Of a stretch of DNA of 64,000 bases, positions 26,952 through 40,007 are shown piece by piece; position 1 is the stretch's first letter, and each line of letters begins with the position of its first letter. The translations under genes were made by a program, and so were the position numbers. This DNA is from Antedon mediterranea (taxonomy: Eukaryota > Animalia > Echinodermata), in assembly GCF_964355755.1 (NCBI RefSeq), contig NC_092677.1, forward strand, positions 3,742,101 through 3,806,100. Reading direction: 5' to 3'. The notes beneath the pieces are model-generated. The model saw only the letters and a program-made list of their open reading frames with translations. It did not search any database and had not been told where the DNA came from.

Positions 26952-28402
26952 TGTCGACGTAAGAACATCACTTTTGTTGCGACTACGTCGATTTGTCGTA
27001 AGAAATGCGGATTTTACAGGAAACCGATTACGATCGAAAATTTATAAAATCGACGCAACGTAAGAAAAATGGTAACGACAACCGATTTTACAGGAAACCG
27101 ATGACCTAACAATTGTTGCGTTACGACGTTTTCTTCCGATTTTACAGGAAACCGGGATTTTTTATCTTACGCTTGAATGAACGCCCTTGCGTCACGTTTC
27201 TTACGTCTCTTACGAAAGTTGACTTGAAGTCAACTTTTGCAAGAGACGTAAGCGCAATCGTAACAAGTAACCAATGAACGACAAGAGTTATGACGTAATG
27301 TGTATGTCCTTATAGTGAAATAAAGCCGGACAATAACATTTGTATGTATTTACTACTATAATTTTAGCCCACTTTACGATGTTGTACATACTTTACAAAT
27401 GCACAGTAGTTTCAATATAGGCCTAATAATTTTCTAATCAGGGAGTTTACAACTATATCAAAATATAATACTCTTATTTATGGACGTGCAATAAACAATC
27501 AGCATCGGTAGAAACGTCGCGAAAATGAACATTTGCAACAAGATAAGATATAGAAAGCCCCTTTGTAAGCAATATAATATTATTATGTAACTTTAAAAAA
27601 AATTGTTTGCTTGATTTTGTATAATTTATATTGTTTTGTTAAATTTATTCTTATTATAGGCCTGTAAATAATGGGTATCTTACTGCGGTAGTACTATCTC
27701 ATGCTCGATTAGATATGCTTATAGGCCCATAGGCCAATGCCTAGTCTAGGGCCTAGGTAGGTCTAATAATAATAATAGGAATCTCGAAATGATTTGCCTT
27801 TTTTAAATTTTGAAAACTATTTAAGGCTAGGCCTAGAGGGCCAGGATAATTAATTCATATTTTGATTCATACAAATAATACATAGGCCTACTAGCCTAGA
27901 CTAGGGCCTAGGCTAGTTTGATTGTTTGGTCAAATCAATTCCTATTAGTACAGTATTAATTAAGTATTTTACTAATACTAGGGCCTAGCCTATCTACTGA
28001 AAATAACATGTTGGTGTGCTGCACTGACACTGCTGCTGAGTAGCTACAGGTACAATAACAACATTCAACATTTCGCGCGAAAAATGATAAAACCCGCTCT
28101 AAAAAGAAACACCAATCAGAGATGTTGTTTCAAATACGTCATAAATCCGACCGACGTAAGAAAAAAATTTCAACTTTCGTAACAACACTAAAATCGACGT
28201 AAGCATACGACGTGTGTTTCACAAACAAAACTTCAACTTTCGGGAGCAGCAAAACTACAGATGTTTCTCTGTGGCCCGACACGATCTTGACTAAGGTCAA
28301 CGACGTCAAGTTTTTCTCAACTTTCGTAAGAGACGTAAGAAACGTATGAAACGTAAGAATCGTTGCAAAATTCGACTTCTTACGTCGACAAGAAACCAGC
28401 CT
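26952..28402. mobile_element. ~1.45-kb Harbinger-like non-autonomous element with left TIR truncated, nested in another MITE
   Basis: tgtcgacgtaagaa (26952) and ttcttacgtcgacaagaaaccagcct (to 28402), with subterminal cgtaag repeats. The host sequence resumes at 28587. Confidence 0.6.
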
Positions 28403-30296
28403 TAATGCTTGGTTCCCACTAGCGACGCAACACAAGGACGTAACGCAACGCAAATGAATTGACCAATCACAAGCGATGGCTTATTTGCTTGTGATTGCTA
28501 ACTGTCTATAACTTCGCTTGTCATTGGTTAAAACGCTTGCGTTGCGTTTACGTCCTTGCGTTACGTTCTAGTGGGAACCAAGCTTTAATAATTGTGTTTT
28601 CCCCCTTCTGCGTGAAATTAAACCCGAGATGAATGTTGATGTTTGCGGCATTGTTGCGTCGTCGGTTCCCACTTGTGATTACGCAATACAACATTCATTC
28701 GTAAATACGGACGTAGATACAACGCAAGTCAACCAATGACAAGCGACAGTTCGAATAATCGCTTGTGATTAGAACGTAACGCAAGGACGTAAACGCAACG
28801 CAAGCATGTTAACCACTGACAAGCGATTTGAATAATCCATCGCTTATGATTGGTCAATTCACTTACGTTGCGTTAAGTCCTTGTGTTGCGTCGCTAGTGG
28901 GAACCAAGCATTAGAGGTATAAAAAAATGTCATATGTCGTAAAGTAATTTTCCTGATAAATACTCACATGACATATTATATGGACCTGATGACGTCATAT
29001 CACTACTATATTTGAGCACATCACACTTGTTTGTCAAACTAATTTGATAGTGTAGACAGAGCTTTAAAGTTTATGATTTTTTTCTGGGTTGCATAATTAT
29101 CAATAACACTTCTTCAGAGTATTGTTTACATATTCTGATTGACTAAAATGTTTATACTACAATAATATATCAAGCAAGGTAACATTCGTTTTTAGATACC
29201 TTATCTCGATTTCAGAATGATACCTTATCTCGATTTCAGAATGACATAATTCTTTCATTTGAATGCTAATATGATTTTGATCCAATATACTTCAGAAAGC
29301 AAACCGAATGTTTACGAAACGTTGTTGTAATTACCATTTTCATTATTACTTTAGATCAATTGGATCAACAAAAAAGACACATTTTCTTCGACATAATTCT
29401 TGGTCGATTTTTTTTACGGCTACTTGTCTTTTTAGTATAAATAATAATATTTTGTTTTTAAATTTTAGTAAATAAAAGTGTTTGAAATAAATAGTTACCT
29501 TAAATAATCATCGCTTTGTATGGTTAGCCTTCAGGATGACCGACTTTTTCTGTCGGTCTCAGGCGAGTAATAGACTTGTTGAACCTTTAGGGCATATCCA
29601 TATATAATTATCTGATTAAAATAATAATGAATATAATTATTCAAATAGTACCGCTGAGGATCTGTCCCTTTTTCCCAGAGCACGTGCTCTTGCTTCATGT
29701 GATGTCATAGTTCACGGTTCACCCTTAAAGAGAGTTGCGGTTGTTATGGGGGTGTTTATGTTACCAAATGTATACTGCATCTTTACTCAAATTGAGATAT
29801 AATTATTCTGGGCGCACACGCGCCACTTCGCGTACATTATTTCTGTTCGTGTTTCGAATTAAATAATAGAAATATAAAGCAAGATAAATATTTTGGCACA
29901 TATGGCGTTTCATACGTGTTGGAATAACAAGACAATAAATACAGACTTGGGCAATTACAAATCATGCGTGGGCCTTATCCATAGTTAGAAACGGACATTG
30001 CTTTGCAACCTTTCGGAAATCAACAATTTAAATGAGTTTAATCCACCCATTTAAATTTCCATATTTGATGGCTTAAGGATAAATGAAATTTGATTCTTTG
30101 TATAAGTTATTATGTCGGTAAATTGTTATTAATTTGAGTGAAATTATTCTTTATATCATATTCAATTTCCGCCTACTGACTAATGTTGATATTATTGAGG
30201 ACAAGTTACAAAAATGACTACACTAAATTCCGCCGTGCCAATTCATCATGTAAAAAATATTCTTCAACGCTTTATTTATCCCACTGCCTGACGTTA

Positions 30297-30443
30297 AGCT
30301 CTGTCTACACTATCAAACTGTATGATGTGACAAAAAAATGTAATGTGCCCATATGAATATGGATGTCATATCACTACCATATTTAGGCATATAACTACCA
30401 TAATTGGGAACATCACAGTTTTTTGGTCAAACTAGACAGAGCT
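30297..30443. mobile_element. Harbinger-like ~150-bp MITE (agctctgtctacactatcaaact family)
   Basis: TIR agctctgtcta / tagacagagct, TTA on both flanks. Other full or partial copies lie near 8204, 18120, 19990, 23171, 23790, 28970, 56202, 59288 and 61130. Confidence 0.85.
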
Positions 30444-33400
30444 TTAGTCGCAAATGAGACTTAGTTTATTAGCACGATAAATTATAAAATAGTTTATCCA
30501 TCCTGTAACTGGCGAGTTACGCACTGTTAGATGCGTATGATTGAAATAATGGCATTGGCCGTGCGTCCTAGCGTTGTCGTCCTGGGTGACGTGTACATGT
30601 AGAGACTTTGGTTCCCATACTGGATGCAACCCCAAAAGGCAACGCAAACACATTATTATGAGCTATTATGCTTTTCTTTCACACATCCATGTTGATTATC
30701 AGAAAGGCATCATTTATTATCTCATAATAAACACCAAGTATCGATTCATGTTGATTATCGGAAAGGCATCATTTATCATCTCATAATAAACACCAAGTAT
30801 CGATTTTAGTCTTCATATTTTATTTATTTTGATGTTCCTCTCTAAATTTTTCTTTTTCTTAGTTCTTCGTTAAAGATGTAATGTCCACCTGAAAAATAAT
30901 TTTTGTTGTTGAATATGCCATTTTTAATGTCACATAATAGGACCAATAATTGGATCGAAACAAAATGTATTTACCCGGAAAAACTATAGTTTAAATAAAA
31001 AAATAAAGTGGCTAGCTGCCAGTAAATGTATTTTTGGTTGAATTTAACCACTTATCATGTTATTTTGATCTGAAAACATTTTTTTTATTCGGAAGTGATT
31101 CAATTTATTACTACAAAATAACATATTCAAAGTCCGATTTAATTTTAATTATAATTTTTTTTATGTTTTCAGGGGCAATACATATTTAAACCTTTCGTGT
31201 AAAGGATATTCTCGTGTAAACAATCTTAATCGCCGTTAATTTATTATTAATTGACGCGACTACTACAGAGACCATTAATTACTGGACCTTTAGTAGTATA
31301 GTACAAGTTATCTAAATAACTTCAAACAAATTATTTGCAAGCAAGACGGTTAACTACTACTTCGAAGGAGTTAAAATCAACATGATATAACTAACCAACT
31401 TGGCTAATGGCACTTTCTTATGCGGTGTCGTTGATGTTAAGGCTTCACTAATTGGGAATAAGTTGCTTTATGTTTTATTCATTTTAAATTAATTGTATAT
31501 GCCAATAGAATGCATATAAACTAGAACAAACTAATGAATGCTTCTGCTAATTCTTTGCCTGGGAAATCAAGAGAACAGAGTAGCGCGTGTAATTGCCAGC
31601 ATTTAAAAGCCGCGCGCAACATGTGTTTGTCGTGACTTCATGACAAATTAACCGCGTTTTTGTTGAACCATAAAGCCGATTTTCCACTAGGCGAATTTGT
31701 TTCTACGCATGCGTATTTATGTTTCCAGCCTCCAGATACAAATACACATGCGTATAAGCTGACGCTTTGAATTCGCACGAAGCCTAAAGATGTATTGTTC
31801 CCCTAAAAAATAATTCTTAAAAAAATTTTAGGTGAATATTCCATTTTAATATAACATAATAGTTATCCACTTTGACCAAAAATTAGATTTAGTGTAATGT
31901 ATTTGCCTGAAAAAAATGTAAATTAATGCAATAAAATGGTCAAATTGGCTGCCAGCCAATGGATTTTCTGTTGAATTTTACGATTTATTTTGTCATTTTA
32001 TAAGTGAAAACATGATTTTTTTAGTTTTTTTAAGATTAAGTATTAACCTTTAAACTACCACTTTATTTATAAACAGAGCTACAGAATTGCTTTGGCTTGA
32101 GAATTGCGTTATTCTAGATTTCGATTAACATACAATTTCGATTCTTGTTCGAATAAACTAAATACACTTAGCCTATTTTTAGGTTATTTCAATATTAGAA
32201 CTAGTGTAGATTGTACAAAATAAAGGTATTTGGCATATTATTATAATAACATATTTGTGAATTAAAAACGATATATCCAACGGAGATTTGTTTTAGAAAC
32301 CAAAAGATACAATAATTAATTAGAAATCGAAGCAGACATTTTTATGACCTAAATGTTAATTTGAAATTTTAATATTTGAAAACAATGTAGAGTATTAATC
32401 ACAGAACGGGGCCATTGATTACCGATATTTATCAACCAACCGTTATTAATACGAATAAGGTCCGGGAACAGGGAAATGATTTGCACAATTATTGTAATAC
32501 ATGCCTTTTCCTCCAAGCCTCAAAATTAAGAAAATAATTTCCTCAAATGACAAACAAATAGTACTACAATTGTGTCGGTCAATCAGGACATTAGCCATAT
32601 TTATTTATCGGCATTTATATCGTGATGTAGCCTATGTATACTTAAGAAGAGGAGTAGGAGGGATGACCATTCGCCCGCGCAGCTAGATATTCATAGCATA
32701 AATGATGGTAAGGATCCTGCATAGAGAAGTTTACACTTCTGTTTTCGCAGGACACTTTTACATAAAGAACATAAAACAATAAACACAACATAATAGATAT
32801 AACAAAATTTAAAAAAATTTTTTAGAGTTGTTCATCATCAAAAAGCGATAGTGTTTTTCTAACATGATTATTTATACATTAAAAAGAAGATATTCAGTTT
32901 ATTACTTCCAGTACATGTGGATTCTTTCTTTATATATTATAGCAAAAGTATGAATACATATAATATAAAAACAGGATATGTGTGTATACTCGCATACACC
33001 AACATAACGCATAATATATGCATATATATTTTATGAGTGAAGTATTCTAAATTCTGTAATTTAAAAAAATCCTCTTGGAACACAACGTAAGGCGCAGCTC
33101 AAGTGAGTTGACCAATCACAAGCGACAGTTTGGATGATCCATGATGTCGCGTCGTGATTGGTCAAATTACTAAAGTGAGGTTCCCACTAGAACGCAACGC
33201 AGCGATGTATTGACGCAAAGTGTTGTATTGCGTAATCACAAGTGGGAACCGACGACGCAATAGTGTTGCAAACATCGTAAGTTTGATTTCAGGCAGGCGG
33301 GGGCAAGCACAATTATTAAGCGTGGTTCCCACTAGCGACGCAACACAAGGACGTACGGTAACGCAACGCAAGTGAATTGACCAATCACAAGCGATGGTTT

Positions 33401-33498
33401 ATTTGCTTGTGATTGCCAACTGTCTATAACTTCGCTTGTCATTCATGGTTAAAACGCTTGCGTTGCGTTTACGTCCTTGCGTTACGTTCTAGTGGGAA

Positions 33499-34080
33499 CA
33501 GTGGTGGCGCCAGCGGGGGGGCTACGGGGGCTCTAGCCCCCTCGTCGGGGAGCCTAGCCCCCCCGTCGGGGAACACGGGTACTTTTTGTCGGGGAATATA
33601 ATATACAGTAAAAAACGTTCGCGTTCACTTCATATAGCTTGTTCAGCGCCTAGAAAACCACGACGTTCCATTGACCGTGAGAGTACGTCAGAGGGCTATT
33701 ATGCACTTTTATGCATTCATTTATTGCCAGAGATCTAACTTACTACTAAACATTAGCTAGGTACGCACTTTTCTGAATTATGTTAATTGTTCGTATGTTC
33801 ACCAATTTTTTAATTTACAAGTAACCTTCTGTACCGTGGGGCACCTAAAATAAATTTTTCATCCATTACTAAACAAAAAAACATGCCATTTTCGCTTAGC
33901 CAACATCTTATTATAGCTAAGTTATTACATTTTCAATGTCCTGTATGTCATGAATTTCTCACCACTCGGAAGTCCAGATGGTACGCACGCATACACTTGG
34001 GAGGAATAAACTTATTTCCCCGACTGAAAAAGGTCTACGCTTGCGTTTTTTAAGCCTCTAAGTAACTTTACTGAAAATGA
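33499..34080 (+). mobile_element. 5' portion of an hAT-like non-autonomous element
   Basis: Starts CAGTGGTGGCGCCAG with GC-rich ggggct/agcccc subterminal palindromes and truncates the preceding MITE. The right end was not identified. Confidence 0.45.
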
Positions 34081-34525
34081 TAAGAAAAATATTGAGAGAC
34101 CACGTAAAATTGCACAACGTATTATTAAAGCTGATCTAACGCCTTGTTCATTTATCTATGAAAAGAGTATTCTAAAAAAAGTAAACAATATTTAATGAAA
34201 GACCCCACTCATCCGTTACATTACTGTTATAACTTAAATAGATCAGGCATTAGGCTACGACCTCCAAGAGCAAATCTCTGTAGAACTAGAAAATCCTTCG
34301 TTGTAAATAGCATTCATATTTTTAATTCTAATGTAAGACGTTAATGCAATTTTTAATAGTTTTACATTTTTAACAGTATTTTTAACTTTTTATCTTGTAT
34401 TTTTAATCTGTTATAATACTGCACGTTTTTAAATTGTTGCAATATTGTTGTTTTAATCTACCAAGCAAAGTGAATTTCCATTTTTATGGACAAATAAAAT
34501 TTCTTGAATCTTGAATCTTGAATCT
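34080..34525 (+). mobile_element. 5'-truncated LINE 3' end (Rex1/Babar-like, CR1 group), frameshifted
   Basis: Translates to KKNIERPRKIAQRIIK...[frameshift]KDPTHPLHYCYNLNRSGIRLRPPRANLCRTRKSFVVNSIHIFN. It is followed by a 3'UTR, AATAAA and a (CTTGAAT)3 tail. Confidence 0.75.
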
Positions 34526-35599
34526 AGGCCTGATGTTTCCGAAGTATAAAATGCAATTTTTTGAAGACCTGCAGCTCTAGTTTTAAACAGTTTCTTAGCT
34601 CAGCCCCAACAATAAAGCTGGTCATATTTCGAAGTACAAGAAGTGCATTTTCCAGGACCTAACATCTCTATTTTTCAAACATTTCTTAGCTCAGTCACAA
34701 CCTTGATAGGGACTTATATATTTTGTTTCATGTTTTGAAGTATAATAAGTCCAATTTCCGGGACCTCCAAATCTATTTTTCTAAATTTTCTTTGAACTTT
34801 TATTTTTTAAATTGAAAAATATGGATTGAAACAGTCATCGCGCATCGTTTTTTTGCACGCAGTATTTTATTTATGCATTATAAAAAAATGGAAAAAATGG
34901 CTACCCTAAATCTGATTAAAATGACCTCAAATGACGCTAGAACGCGTTGCTTACACATTCGTAAATACGTAAATAATCTGACCAATCGCAAGCAACAGTT
35001 TAGACAGTCATTGGCTTTTGATTTTGAAAATGGCCGGGAACATGGCTTAATTTTTTTCAAACGGTAACTCACCGTTAAACTAAATTTGAATACATCTATG
35101 TTATCTGTCGAATATTGAATTGATTATGCTATCGTAAATTAATCTATCCATTACAGCATATAAGATCCGGCTTTGGAAATGAAATGAATATGCCATTAGC
35201 CATCCATTACTTCGATTCAGGCTATGAAGGTAATCAATATAATCATATTTTAATAATACTAATCAATATGTTTTAATCAATTGTCATGAGTCATTAATTC
35301 CTCGTACTATCGAATGAAATGAAATTGGGTTTTCACATCTTATTTTCACCAATAACGTTTAATCAATCATTCACGAATTATTAAACGAGTTTTAGGCGTG
35401 GTTCTCACTAGCGATGCAACGCAACGCAACGACGTATTGACGCAAAGTGCAGTATTACGTAATCACAAGTGGGGACCCGACGGCGCAACAGTGCTGCAAA
35501 AATTACAGGTTTGATTTCACGTAGGCGGGGGAAAACACAATTATTGGAAGGGCATTTTCTTACGTTGCGTAGGTTATGTGAAGGTGGGAACCAAGCTTT

Positions 35600-35779
35600 A
35601 AGGTCAATTGTCACAGACTAGCGGTAACGGTAATACAAAATAGGATCCATGTTTTTATGACCATTTACACACAACGCGGAACGGACGGGCGGTTTCCGTT
35701 TAGGATAGATATAGATTCTAAGTGGGACAAGCTACATGGGTTTTTCCGCTTACCGTTAGCGCTCGTGTAAATTGGCCTT
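35600..35779. mobile_element. Harbinger-like MITE (gcggtaacggtaa family); inverted copy at ~36307-36485
   Basis: aggtcaatt...agcggtaacggtaa / ttaccgttagcgct...aattggcct inverted termini. Confidence 0.65.
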
Positions 35780-36975
35780 TAATCTTTGTGTCCACTAGGG
35801 ACACTGCAAAGACGTATTTCCACCGCACGTAATTTGACACGACGCGATGGATCATCGAACTGTCGCTAAATTGTGATTAGTCAACCCCTTTTTCGTCGCG
35901 TCTACCTCAAAACAAAAGTATAAGTACAAATCATAACAAAACAAAAAATAACTTTATCTTTAAAAACAATGTTACAAATAAAAGAACTTATACAAATTAT
36001 ACTTAATTTAATTTAACAAAGATCTGTAAATAAATAATATACATATAGACTTAATTTTAATCAACAAACATCTGTTATTCCTATTAATCTATTACTTGCA
36101 CATCCGGGCAATTGAGTCCATGCAATAACTCCAACTCGGTAGAAAAAAATAGTATTTGTATTTTTATAAGTATAATATTTATTGATTCGCGGTAAGACAT
36201 CGGTTTTAAGAGGGACGGTACTTTGAATAATATTATTTTTTTTATTCTTAATTGCCAGGATCATTTCTATTATTTTATGCGGTAACGGTAAGCGGAACAC
36301 CGCGTAAAGGCTTTACACAGGCGAGCGGTAACGGTAAGCGGAAAACCGCGTAGCTTTGTCCGACGTAGAATCTGTATCTATGAGAGGAAACCGCACGTCC
36401 ACTCCGCGTTGTGTGTAAATGGTCATCATACGGAATAACATAAGATTCTACATTTTGTTTTTTTTTTATTTTGTAAATTGGCCCTAAAGTCATAGTACAG
36501 AAGATTCTATCATTTACACTAGGACAAATGTCATACTTTCACATGTGACAAATTTTAAGCATTAGCCATAACAGTAATTTCTTACAGTTTGTAACTTGCC
36601 CGGAACATGTGATACTGTATCACGGAACATTCTACGATACTTAACAAAAATAAGATAATTGGATGATAGTACAATGCCAGGAGTCGGCAATAATAAGTTC
36701 TTCGATCGTTTCTATACAATTCAAATCCATATGCACACGTACGGAAGTTGTTTTAATCGTTTTATTAGGCAATATATTTGCGCATGAGGCCGCAACACTC
36801 TTTTATGTAATCATATTATTGTTAGTTAATATAATAATAATGACTGTGCGTGTGGCCGGCCCGCGAATTTTTTTTACTCGTCATATAAGGCCGATTCAGC
36901 AGAAGTCAATAGAGGGCGCGCTGCATCCCTCATGAATATTTTATTAGAAAGTGCTACTCGCATGTATTAACATAG

Positions 36976-37365
36976 TCTGGGTTCCAGACGGAGTTTTGTC
37001 TTAATATTAGTAAAAAGATAAATATTTTGGCACATATGGCGTTTCATACGTATACTACTTGATTTTGGATACTATGGGGGGGAAACACGCACAAGTCACG
37101 TGGTTTGACACCAAGAATTCTTGGTGCATACGATTATCCGGTTGACTAGTTTCAGCTGCATGCGATTGGCATGTCTGGGTTCCAGACGGAGTTTTGTCTT
37201 AATATTAGTAAAAAGATAAATATTTTGGCACATATGGCGTTTCATACGTATACTACTTGATTTTGGATACTCTGGGGGAACACGCACAAGTCACGTGGTT
37301 TGACACCAAGAATTCTTGGTGCATACGATTATCCGGTTGACTAGTTTCAGCTGCATGCGATTGGC
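36976..37365. repeat. ~198-bp near-identical tandem duplication within a dispersed repeat family
   Basis: gtctgggttccagacggagttttg...gcatgcgattggc occurs at ~36976 and ~37174. The core agataaatattttggcacatatggcgtttcata also occurs at ~17650 and ~29880. Confidence 0.9.
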
Positions 37366-38221
37366 TACTCACTCGTACACCGTTTTAATATTCATATTTC
37401 AGAATTTCAAAGACTCAACAACTAAGATGATGCGCATGCGCTGTGTTACGTTTAGACAATGTGTACTTGGGTACATTTATGAAAGTTTCTGAAGGCTAGA
37501 AATTATTTTATATGCCTAGGAGTCTGGTAAACATTTGATGGGATTTTTCCCAAGAACATGAAAACTCGTCTTGATATGATAGGCTTCTCCGCAAATCAAA
37601 CATTGAATGGATCATTATTACGCGGAGATAATTTTGATTTAATTCCCACCCAGACCCTTTCCTCATGTTCTGTGTGGTGGTGTAGCCCTGTTGTGTGCCG
37701 CCGGTGGTGGTATGTAGGCCTACTTTATTGGCGTTTTATTTGGCAGGTCATACGTGCGAATTGAGTAGGACCTACGGACGAAAGAGGCCTAGGCCAAGGA
37801 CTAAACAATTAATAAACAAAACAACTTGGCATTACGATTTTATATTTCAACGGTCTCGATCGTACATTCAGCACTATACGTACTCGATCTTTTTCATTTT
37901 GAAACAAAATGATCATTGGTTGATTCGAAATCCATATTTACATACCGCCCGCCCCATATAGCCAAATACGGTATGATAACCTACGTCATTCTTATCGAAT
38001 GTTTGCGGTCTGCAAATCAATTTCTATACGTGTTTCACAAGTCTGTATTTTCAGACAAAAATCGCGGTCGAAATAAAAACAAATAAAAAAAAAAGATAAT
38101 ACAGACTTGGGACAAGTCTAGTATTAACACTTTCGCGCTAGCTATCTGTCGATACGCGATACGATGTACGATCGCCTTCCACTTGCTTCCACCATCTCCC
38201 TCTCTAGCCGATGGATATCAC

Positions 38222-38482
38222 TATGGAACGCCTCCTCTGCCTTCAGTTCACATTTATCATGCAGTACACACCAATGGTCATGCAGTACACACCAATGGTC
38301 ATGCAGTACACACCAATGGTCATGCAGTACATGCATGCATGACCATTGGTGTGTACTGCATGATGTTTGGTGTGTACTGCATGACGATTGGTGTGTACTG
38401 CATGACCATTGGTGTGTACTGCATGACGATTGGTGTGTACTGCATAACAAATGTGAACTGAAGGCAGAGGAGGCGTTCCATA
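38222..38482. mobile_element. 261-bp foldback element with 6-bp TSD (IS3EU-like termini)
   Basis: TIR tatggaacgcctcctctgccttcagttcacattt; internal inverted arrays of a 21-bp unit; TATCAC direct repeat at 38216-38221 and 38483-38488. Confidence 0.85.
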
Positions 38483-39019
38483 TATCACAGTTTGTGATGT
38501 CCATAACTGTAGCGATATTGATGATGATTATATTTATAAAAGAAAAAAATATATATATATAACCGGAAATATAACTACTAGGCCTATGCCACAACCATGG
38601 TGGGACTGAGGCATATTGCACCCATTTAAAGAAATACTGCATCCGCAGGCGACAGTCATCATGAACCGAAAATACTCAGAGAAGGCGCGATTACAATACA
38701 TCGGAAACGCAGTTTCAAACTGTTATTGTTAAATGGATTAGTTGAAGACATTCTTGTTGTGTCAAAGAAGAAATTTCCAAATGCTTAAATAAAATGTACA
38801 GATTGGTATGATCATAGTGGTATGATGTAAGCCTAGCCTACTGTAAAAGGGTAAAAATCAATGTTAAAACCTCCTTGGTAAAAGCGCGAAACCCTTTGGG
38901 TGTTATTACAGTATCATCATAAATTTTACGCCGTGGCTAAAGATACGGTACCGTATTCTAACTTCTGTTTACTAATTAAGGTACGGTAAAATTGCATTAC
39001 GTCATAACCAGCCAATGGC

Positions 39020-39185
39020 TTTTGTGTAGACAAAATTAATTCTGTGTAGACAAAATTCATTCTGTAACGACAAAATTAATTTTGTGGCGACAAAATGTGT
39101 TCTGTTTAGACAAAATTTATTCTGTGTAGACAAAATACATTCTGTGTAGACAAAATTCATTTGTCGCGACAAAATGAATTTTGTT
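39020..39185. repeat. 20-bp tandem array (tgtgtagacaaaattcattc); inverse arrays at 40530-40560 and 41146-41450
   Basis: Direct reading. The right array ends near atacggcgccccgta (41474), a possible transposon terminus. Confidence 0.85.
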
Positions 39186-39661
39186 AGCCTAGCCTACTCA
39201 AGCGTGGGACAAAACGTTTTTTAAAACATTTTGTCCCACGCTTTAGTAGGCTCGGTTTTAACATTTAAATTAGAAGGCGGAGTTTAAACGTGAAAAGGGC
39301 AAGACAGGGTGAAGCTATAAATGATGACAGCGCGCGAATCTTGTACATTTGTTATTGGTTCAGTTATTATGGCTGAGCATGCCTCCGTCTCTATTGCTAT
39401 CATATTAATCTATTTTATAATATCAGGGACACCTGAAAATATCAGATATGATCAGTATTCAAACTTTGACAATTTAATATCTACATCTTCAGTAATAATT
39501 ATTATTATAATGTATTTTATATTAAAAAATCGGAAAATGGTTTTTATAGAGCTCTGCTTCCTACTTAAGTAACATTGTAGTAATGGAGCTATTTAATATT
39601 TTGCCGTTTAAAATATTATTTATTAATCTTATAAAATGTATATACTTTATTTTAAAATTAA

Positions 39662-40007
39662 AGATGTATATTGTCTCCCAAAATCATGAAAAATAAAGAT
39701 TTTTAAAATAGGACTTTGAATAGGCCAATATTCAGTTTTAATGAAGTTGTTCACTTCCATAAGAAAAAAGAACGGGGAAAAATTATTTAACCTATAAAAA
39801 GACAAAATAAACAGTTAAATTACCAAAAAACTCATTGGCTTCCAGACAATTTGACCATTTTTTTTGCTTTAAATTGCAGTTTTTTCAGGTAAATACTTTT
39901 TTATCAGACTCAATTTTTTGTGAAAGTGAATAACTATTATGTGACATTAAAATAACATATTCAACAAAAAGATTAAAAAAAACATTTTTTCAGGGGACAA
40001 TATATCT
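39662..40007 (+). mobile_element. Kolobok-like MITE, cleanest copy
   Basis: TTAA|AGATG...ggggacaatatatCT|TTAA. Confidence 0.8.

Noticed and set aside
38142-38642. His/Cys-rich metal-binding-like ORFs on both strands
   Set aside because: They are translations of the palindromic 21-bp repeat element bounded by a TSD.
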